28,722 bases of DNA from Hydrurus foetidus. Taxonomy: Eukaryota. Position numbers and translations under genes: made by a program. The notes beneath the pieces were generated by a model, which made no database searches, was not told the origin of the DNA, and saw only the letters and a list, made by a program, of their open reading frames with translations. The DNA lies in assembly GCA_900617105.1 (NCBI GenBank), contig UYFQ01000396.1:62001-90722 (forward strand), written 5' to 3'. Below, piece by piece: positions 21,334-28,722 of the stretch (position 1 is the stretch's first letter; each line of letters opens with the position of its first letter).

Positions 21334-22569
21334 ATGCTATCCACCGCAACCTCATTGGCACCAGCGCCACTTCTCGACCTCCATCAAGACAACTGGTCCA
21401 CATGGAACCAGTCTCTGAAACTATTATGCTTCACCAAATTTGGCGTCGCAGGCAACCAAATCCTCACCGATCGACTCATCCCTCTACATCCATTCGCAAA
21501 CGAACCAACCAAGAACGATCTCGACCTCGATCCTGCTGGCACACCAATCCCAGGAGAATACATTTACCAACGCCGCACTCCACCCGAAGGCGAACCAGCC
21601 GGCAACGCACTCCACCTCCAACTCAGCACCCAAGGCAACACCAACTACCGCGACGACAAGAAGATCTTCAATGATGCCCAACGGCGCTTTTCAGACCAAG
21701 ACACCGATTGCCTCGATCATCTCTACAGACACATATCTCTTGCCTCCCACATCGCCATCAAAACACATGCTAATTACCCTGCATACCAACTGCTGGCAAT
21801 CGGAGCGCGCAGCTACGCCTTTTACGTCATGATCCGGGGCATCCACTCCATCGGCAACGCAGCAACCAAGCTTCATCGCACACGCAACTACATGAACATT
21901 ACACAATCTGACCTACCCCACGAAGCCTACATCGACCTTGTCAACTCAATGACAGAGACATTCAAATTGGATTTCGAATCCACCGTCCATCCTGGCTTTG
22001 TATCCATCCCAGAGCTCACCAGCTTCCTATATCTCGCTGGCCTCAACCGTACTGAGTTCCGCCGCGCACTAGATGAACTCCTCCACAACCACCCAACTGG
22101 CCGCTTTCCTGATCCTACAGCCCTAATGTCACAACTCCAGGCCTGGAAAATCGCCAACTCACTCTCCTTCACCCGCGACGACGTGTCCACTCAAGGCTCT
22201 GCCCTTCTTGCGTCCCAACCCATCACCACTCGCACCAAATCTCCAGCTGCCAAGACTGCAGGCAACATCCCCAACGCCCCTAAGCCCCATCTTCACCCAA
22301 CTCCATGCACCTGGTGTCTAGCTAAAGATAAGATCCAACGCTTCGGTCACCTCTCCGCACATTGCTCTAAGAACCCCAACCGCGTACCAAACCCAAACTC
22401 AACCTCTCCTCCGCAACCATCGTCCCACTACCCCTCCAGCACATCGCAGCGTCTTCGAGCACTCCTTACCCAACTTGATCTCGCAGCCACCCCAGATGCA
22501 TCCAACGCGGCCATGCTCCTCATCGCCGAGGCCGCCATCGAGGCTTCAGAATACGTAGACACCGCCTGA
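21334..22569 (+). CDS. gag: Copia Gag (411 aa) with an extended zinc knuckle
   Basis: Long ORF directly upstream of pol, with CTWCLAKDKIQRFGHLSAHC (C-x2-C-x10-H-x4-C) near the C-terminus. It ends in TGA at 22567-22569. Confidence 0.82.
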   Translation: MLSTATSLAPAPLLDLHQDNWSTWNQSLKLLCFTKFGVAGNQILTDRLIPLHPFANEPTKNDLDLDPAGTPIPGEYIYQRRTPPEGEPAGNALHLQLSTQGNTNYRDDKKIFNDAQRRFSDQDTDCLDHLYRHISLASHIAIKTHANYPAYQLLAIGARSYAFYVMIRGIHSIGNAATKLHRTRNYMNITQSDLPHEAYIDLVNSMTETFKLDFESTVHPGFVSIPELTSFLYLAGLNRTEFRRALDELLHNHPTGRFPDPTALMSQLQAWKIANSLSFTRDDVSTQGSALLASQPITTRTKSPAAKTAGNIPNAPKPHLHPTPCTWCLAKDKIQRFGHLSAHCSKNPNRVPNPNSTSPPQPSSHYPSSTSQRLRALLTQLDLAATPDASNAAMLLIAEAAIEASEYVDTA

Positions 22570-25500
22570 CTAGGATCCAACCCTGCCATCAACCTCTGTC
22601 ACGCATCAAATCCCTCCGCCCTGTTCTCCAGTCCTCTCGCTCTCGCCTCCCCTACAGCAATCCCTTCAACACCCAACGCCTCGTATTGGGACAACGCATG
22701 CTCTTTTCATACAGTCAACGACGCCTCGCTCCTCTACAATATGATCCCACTCGCCACGCCCTTCTCCATCGGAGGAGTAGGTGGATCATGTCCAGTCACA
22801 CATAGCGGCCGTCTCCTCTGCCTCCCCACTACAAAGTCCATGAACTCAGCATACTTCTCCCCCACCATACCCGTCAATCTCCTCAGTCTCGGCCAACTTC
22901 AAAGATGTGGAGCCTCATACAGCCCTGATCCTCTCCGTCCCCACACTCACATTTCCATCCTCTCTTCACCATCCGGTCCCCTCCTAGCGCATGCAACTCT
23001 AACCGCACACAACCTACTACCAGTCGACTTCGCCGCACTCCACCACGCCTCTACGTTGTCTCCCGCAGCATACTACCAACCCCTCGCTATGTCCACCACC
23101 TTCCCCACCCTTCATGCTAACGCCGAACAAAGGGCACGCGCTGATGCAGTAGAAGAACTCCACAATGATCTCTGCCACCCATCTGACCGCAGCCTCTGCG
23201 CCAACCTCTCCACGGGCAAGCTCCCCTTCAGTACCCTCACATGCACCGATGTCACCCTCAACCGCCAACTTCGAGGCCCCTGCCCCCATTGCACAGCGGG
23301 TAAACACCGCAACCCCTCTCATCCTCCTTCAACAAGCGCTCCCGCGACCTCCGTCGGTGCTGTTATCAGCTTTGATCCACAGCTACTCCCCGAACCATCC
23401 CCAGGCATGCATACACACGAGATCATACTAGTCGACGAATTCACAGGACATATTTCCGTGATCGGCTCCTCCTCAAAATCAACTCCCGCCATGTTCAAAG
23501 CCCTACAGCACATCATATCCGTCACATACAACTCAAATCGCCACCGAGTCCAAACACTACACGGCGACTGCGAGAAAGTGAATACATCACTCGCAAGCCC
23601 ACTCGGTTCACTAGGGATAACACTTCAGACATCACCTCCTGGTGAGCACGCTGCCCGTGTTGAACGCTCAATTCTTACCATCCGGCAAATCACCACTGCC
23701 ACACTATCAGCACTACCGTACCACCTCCCACTAAAGTACACCCTTCACCTACACAAAGCCATCGCTGCTGTCCGCAATACTCTAATAAACACCCGCAGCG
23801 CCCCATCAACTCCAGATGAGCTCCTCCGAGGCTATAAACCCACCCGACGCCCCTTTCCTTTCGGCCGCTGTTGCATGGTAACTCAACATCCCGACAAACG
23901 CCATGCCCTTGCTCGCAACAACCACACCGCAGCCAATGCCGAACCCAAAGCTGAACTTGGAGTTTGCATGGGCCCAGATATCCTCACAGGCCGTACGCTT
24001 TTCCTCCTTGCTAACGGCTCCATTGTTCCCAGAAGACCTACCACCCCTTTCCCACAACACTTCGTACCTTTCGATTGGACCTCCAAGACATACGTTATCC
24101 AATCAACAATTCCAGACTACGAACTCCCACCAGTTGCTAGCACTCCAAATGAGGTCATCCAACTACCAGGCATCGCTCACACTGAAGCCATAGCTACAGT
24201 CACCGGTTACATTCCATCTCCGCTACCCGCTGACCTCCACTCCTCCCTCTTGATGCCCCAACCTCAACTACACCAAGACTACATACCCCGTGCACCGGCT
24301 CCAGCACTGCACTACCAACACCAACGCACCAACACCAACGCAGCACCAGCACCAGCACCAGCACCAACACCAGCACCAGCACCAGCACCAACACCAGCAC
24401 CAGCACCAGCACCAACACCAGCACCAGCACCAGCACCAACACCAGCACCAGCACCAGCACCAGCACCAGCACCAGCACCAACACCAGCACCAGCACCAGC
24501 ACCAGCACCGCGCAACACCAGCACCAGCACCAGCACCAACACCAACACCAGTACCTCTCGGACACTACTACCCAACCTACCACCCGAGACACCAGCCGCA
24601 CTACGTAGGTCACCTAGGGCCTCACACCCAACTAACTTTTGGAAGGGCTGCTTTAGCACTCCTTTGATAAAGTCGAACCCATCTATCTCTGCCTACATCA
24701 ATGCAATTCAACGCAAGCTTGATAATGCTAAACTGGCAGCGGCTAGAAACAAGCAACACAGACTCAACAACACCTCCAACACTCCCCTGAACAATAGGCA
24801 TACTGACTTCCAACCGCAACCCCTACCCAGCTCACGTGCAGAAATGTCCATTCGCAAAGCCTCATTACTCCTTCCCACGGCCGATGTTGCCACAGGAATT
24901 TCAAAAGAACTAGGAAAACATTTCGACACATACCAGTCCCTAACTCTCATTCCTCAGTCGAGTGTCGAAACAAAGGCAATCTTTCTTCGCAGCCAAATGC
25001 TCATTAAGAAAAAGTCCAACGGCCTTGTTACCGCCCGCCTAGCCATCGACGGCAGTCGCCAGCCGCCAGAATCCTACACCAACACCTACGCAGGCACTTC
25101 CGACACCACCAACCGTGCTTTCATTCTAAGTGCCTACTTAGCAGATGCCTCCCATCGCAGTTGTCTTGACCGCCTCCTCCTAGGCGACTTCGACTTCCCT
25201 GGAGCCTTTCTCCACAACAAGCTTACACGTGATATGACCAACGGGCATCAACTCATTGCCATCCTTCCACCAGACCTTCCAAGCCCCCTTGCAGGCAAGC
25301 TTGCAGAGATAACTGGCTGCTGCTACGGCATAAAGCAAGCTAACCACGAATACGATAAAGATCTAATACATACCCTCACAGAAGCTGGATTCATCCCCAC
25401 TGCATCAGATCACCATAGTTTTCAAGCGATGTCCCGTCAATACTGACGACTCACTCACTCTTAATATGCACGTTGACGACGGCTGGTATGTAACAACATC

Positions 25501-25988
25501 CACTACTCTACAAAATGAACTAAAACACATCCTACAGACTCGCTACGGCACAATTGCATTCAACGATGCCTCCACAGGCGTCTGTGGTGTCCGCCTTACC
25601 CGACATTCTGACCACTCCTGCACTCTAGATCAAGGCGCACACATAATCAAGTTCCTCCACCAATCAGGAATGGACCTTGTCCCACCCGCTCTCACTCCCT
25701 CCACCTCCAATTTTTTCGATGCTCCAACTGACCTAACCCCCGTTGACCGCACACGCTTTCTACGAATCAATGGAACCCTCGTATTCCTTCTTCCTATTCG
25801 CCACGATATCCGCAAAGAAGTCGTCCATCTTTGTACCCGCAACTCTGCACCAACTCAATCAGACCTCTCCAAACAAATCCATCTCCTTCGCTACCTAAAA
25901 GGCTGCTAACCTCGGCCCAACCTACTCCACCGACCCACTTGCTTTCACATCCGGCGTCACCATCTTCGCGGCTGCAGACTCCTCACAC
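22570..25988 (+). pseudogene. pol: Copia Pol, in frame with gag after a single TGA; two frameshifts (about 25420 and 25907); truncated in RNase H
   Basis: Protease-like YWDNACSFH (22684-22710) and IGGVGG. Integrase HHCC (HNDLCH...CPHC) and core (ISFD..VDEFTG..HGDCE..ARVER). RT motifs ARLAIDG, DFPGAFL, CYGIKQA, MHVDDG, LLRYLKG. RNase H start TIFAAADSSH. Confidence 0.9.
24341..24552 (+). repeat. (GCACCA)n coding repeat with a 24-bp higher-order unit, encoding a PAPAPAPT linker between integrase and RT
   Basis: Direct reading. The pol frame stays open across it. Confidence 0.93.
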
Positions 25989-26195
25989 TGTAGTCCAGAT
26001 GGGAGGTAGGTCGATAGAGGAAAGGTGTTAGTTAGTTACAGGCTCTAAGCTAGAAGCTAGGATAACTTCTACGAGTAGGCTAGAGCTAGCTAGCAGCTGC
26101 GCTAGAGATGTATGTGTACAGTAGGCGGTAGGATCGGATGGATCGGGACAAGGTCCGGTACGGCCCGTAGGCCCGGTATAGCCGGTCCGACCACA
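25989..26195 (-). repeat. 3' LTR of the gypsy element (207 bp)
   Basis: On the minus strand it starts TGTGGTC right after the PPT and ends GACTACA (6 of 7 inverted match). The boundary coincides exactly with the break in copia RNase H. The second LTR is outside the window, so this is unconfirmed. Confidence 0.8.
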
Positions 26196-26216
26196 TCACC
26201 CCCACTTATCTTTTTT
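26196..26216 (-). promoter_or_regulatory. Polypurine tract (plus-strand primer) of the gypsy element
   Basis: Minus strand AAAAAAGATAAGTGGGGGTGA, directly 5' of the LTR's TG. Confidence 0.75.
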
Positions 26217-26551
26217 CTGAAGAAAAAGAACCTATGACGCGACCACCACGTTTTGTACAAAAATCTAATACAACTAAAACTAACTAAACGGAGAATAAAG
26301 AAAAAGATTACAAATATGTAAATCTTATAATACATTAAAAATGTAAAAATAAAAATAAAATAAAAATCTATACAAATAGACTGGGTGGTGGGTCGGTCAA
26401 GGTGATAAGGTGGATGCCTAGTACCATGTACTTGCGCACGAGACCTCGATACGTAATTATGTCAGATTTTTACTGACTAAAACCATAAAAACCTCATAGA
26501 GGGAAAAATTAGGAAAAATCTTCAAAAGATAATACGTTCGAGATCAGCAAC

Positions 26552-28722
26552 TTAGGCTGATGTCTCAATGTTTCTGGGAATGAAATGTTTCATTTTGTTA
26601 TCCCGTAAATAATCATGGAGTGCTTCACAGAGCCGTAGTGATTTCCACGGCTCCCATGTATTATGAGAATCATCGTAGTTGAGCCATTTAACATGGAACG
26701 ACATTGTAGTCGGTTTCTTGGTGTCACCAGCGTGACCCAGAACTTTCTCAACCACGAACTCCATGTAATCGCGACGAGCAGTGTCAGCAGGTATATCTAC
26801 CTCTGGGTCATAATTGAATATTTCAAATTCTTGACGTGAACACTTCGTGTCTTGTGATTAACAAGGTTAGCGATAACATACTCGGACCCCTTAAAGGAGA
26901 CAATACAGTAAGGGCCATGCCACTTAGTATGTAATCGAGTTGGAGGTCGATCAGTGTATCGGCATAAGACATATGACCCACGGGGAACACAGTCGCTGAT
27001 TCAGCTGACGCGGCATTTTTAGCATCCGCTTTTAACAAAGTTTGAACCGCAGTTTCAAGTACTTTGTCTTGTACACTTATCAAATCTGATATGTACGTTG
27101 ATCTTGAATGTGTTCCGACACTTAAGTGTGGAGTGAGAATACCACGATTCAAATCAAGTTTGTTCCCGAACAATAAATGAGCGGGGCAGACACCTGTGCG
27201 TCTATTAACGAAACGTTAATGATACGTTGCACGAATGGGATTGACTTAGCATATCCCTCAAGGGTTTGTTTATCAAAAACTAAACCTCTTAAGTGTCTAT
27301 TCACCTCTTTGTTGACTCTCTCAACAATTGCATTCTCTTGTTTCGAGTAAGCAAGGGTGAGATTATGTGGTGTCCCACAAAGATCTAAGAAATCTTTGAT
27401 CAAATCATTTGCGAAATGTGATCCTCGATCAGATCTAATCATATTTGGTGATCCAAATCGACCAAAATGCGCAAGCAAACAGTCAGCTGCTGATTTAGCA
27501 TCTGCGTCTGCACACCAGAACAATTCTGTCCATCGTGTGAATGTATCGATGATGACTAGGATATAACCTTTGTCAGGAAATGGACCAATATAGTCAACAT
27601 TTAGCGTATCGAAGATAGCATAATTTGAAGTTGCAAAGTGAGACGCATTGATCTTAGGATCTTTTGCGCTCAACTTTTGACAACACGGACAGTTCTGTAT
27701 GAACGTACGTACATGTTGTTTCATGTGTTTCCATACTTGTTGTAAACTAAACAACCGAGTAAGGGTACGGTCTACGCCGTTGTGACCGACAATTGCATTG
27801 TGGCACATTTGAATGTATTCTAACTGATCGTCTGAAGCTGGTTCTATGACCGTCAGAGCTGATACAGTGAAAGAAGATGATGAAGTAGGAAGTAATTCCA
27901 ATTCTTCTGTTCGTAATGGCAGAGCAATTTCTGTCAGATTAGGACAAAGCCTTGACAGTGCGTCTGCCAAAACATTCGAAGTCCGGGTACGAATACCACG
28001 GTAAAATCTAGTTCTTGCATAGCAATGAACCATCTCGCCACCATTGAGGTAGGATTTTTGTTTCATATATGTTATGTTCAAATGATCCGTATGGATAGTG
28101 AACGTACGATCTCTGATTAGATAATCGAGTTGTTTACAACAAAAGAAGATGGCATAAGCCTCCTTTTATATCGTAGCCACCTTATTTTTGGGTGTCACGA
28201 GGCTTCGCATTGTGGAAGCAATTGAAGATGCCAAATCGCTACCAACAACTTGGAATAAGACTCCACCGATACCAAAGTCGGATGCGTCTGTATACAAGCG
28301 GATGTCTAACTTATTGTCATCAATGAAGTACATTAATGGACAACGAGATATAGCAATCTTTGTGTCAACGATGAGTTGGTGCTCTTTTGAGTCCAAACTA
28401 CAGCAGAACGTCTTGGAGGAGAGTGATCTATCATATCCTGCATTGGCTTAACCAAAGAGGAATGCATTGGTACAAACTGTCGAAAATAGTTCGCTAAACC
28501 CAAAAATGACCTGAGTAAGGTTAAATTTTTAGGTATAGAAAAGTTTAAAACTGTTTCTATCTTCTCTTTTGACATGGATAAACCATCTTTGTCAACGACT
28601 CTGCCAACGTATTCAATACGTGGAAGGCCGAAACGGCATTTTTTAGCTTTGAGTCTTAGACCCTTAAGTCTAAATCTTGCAAAAACTTTTTTCAAGTTAG
28701 TAAGAAACTCTGCTTCTTGCCA
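26552..28722 (-). pseudogene. pol: Gypsy Pol (RT C-terminal part, RNase H, integrase, chromodomain) with multiple frameshifts and stops
   Basis: RT: KKCRFG..IEYVGRVV, LRSFLGLANYFRQF. RNase H: LYTDASDFGIGGVLFQ, KEAYAIFF..FTIHTDH. Integrase: HNAIVGH...CPCCQ, NVDYIGP, IIDTFTRW, SDRGSHF, NAIVERVN. Chromodomain: FVVEKVLGH...FHVKWLNYDDSHNTWEPW. Confidence 0.93.

Larger units (their letters stand above)
21334..25988 (+). mobile_element. Ty1/copia LTR retrotransposon internal region (gag-PR-IN-RT-start of RH), interrupted at 25988/25989 by a gypsy element; LTRs not identified
   Basis: The domain order PR-IN-RT-RH is diagnostic of copia. The strand is strongly C/A-rich. Confidence 0.92.
25989..28722 (-). 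mobile_element. Ty3/gypsy chromodomain-bearing LTR retrotransposon, 3' part; continues beyond the window end
   Basis: On the minus strand the order is RT, RNase H, integrase, chromodomain, AT-rich 3' UTR, polypurine tract, LTR. Confidence 0.93.

Noticed and set aside
24200..24667. HQ-, VL- and GA-repeat ORFs
   Set aside because: Alternative frames of the (GCACCA)n linker in copia pol.

Overview
Eukaryotic genomic DNA with spliceosomal introns, probably from a protist or alga (a stramenopile is plausible but not proven). The left 16.5 kb holds three genes: a 3-exon adenylate kinase (+), a 2-exon glucose-6-phosphate 1-epimerase (+), and a 13-exon VPS50/syndetin of about 1,500 aa (-). The VPS50 introns are long, full of microsatellites, and include one probable GC-AG intron. 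The right 12 kb is a transposon cluster. (1) An intact 3,520-bp DNA transposon with perfect 116-bp TIRs encodes a 5-exon, 679-aa pogo/Fot1-like DD38D transposase, but is flanked by AGTT rather than TA. A cognate 164-bp MITE in a VPS50 intron is flanked by AGAT. (2) A Ty1/copia element has gag and pol in the same frame, separated by one UGA in the readthrough context UGA-CUAG. (3) A decayed chromodomain-bearing Ty3/gypsy element is inserted, in the opposite orientation, into the copia RNase H. The best candidates for novelty are the non-TA pogo-like family and the probable gag-pol readthrough. All calls come from manual reading of motifs; no searches were run.
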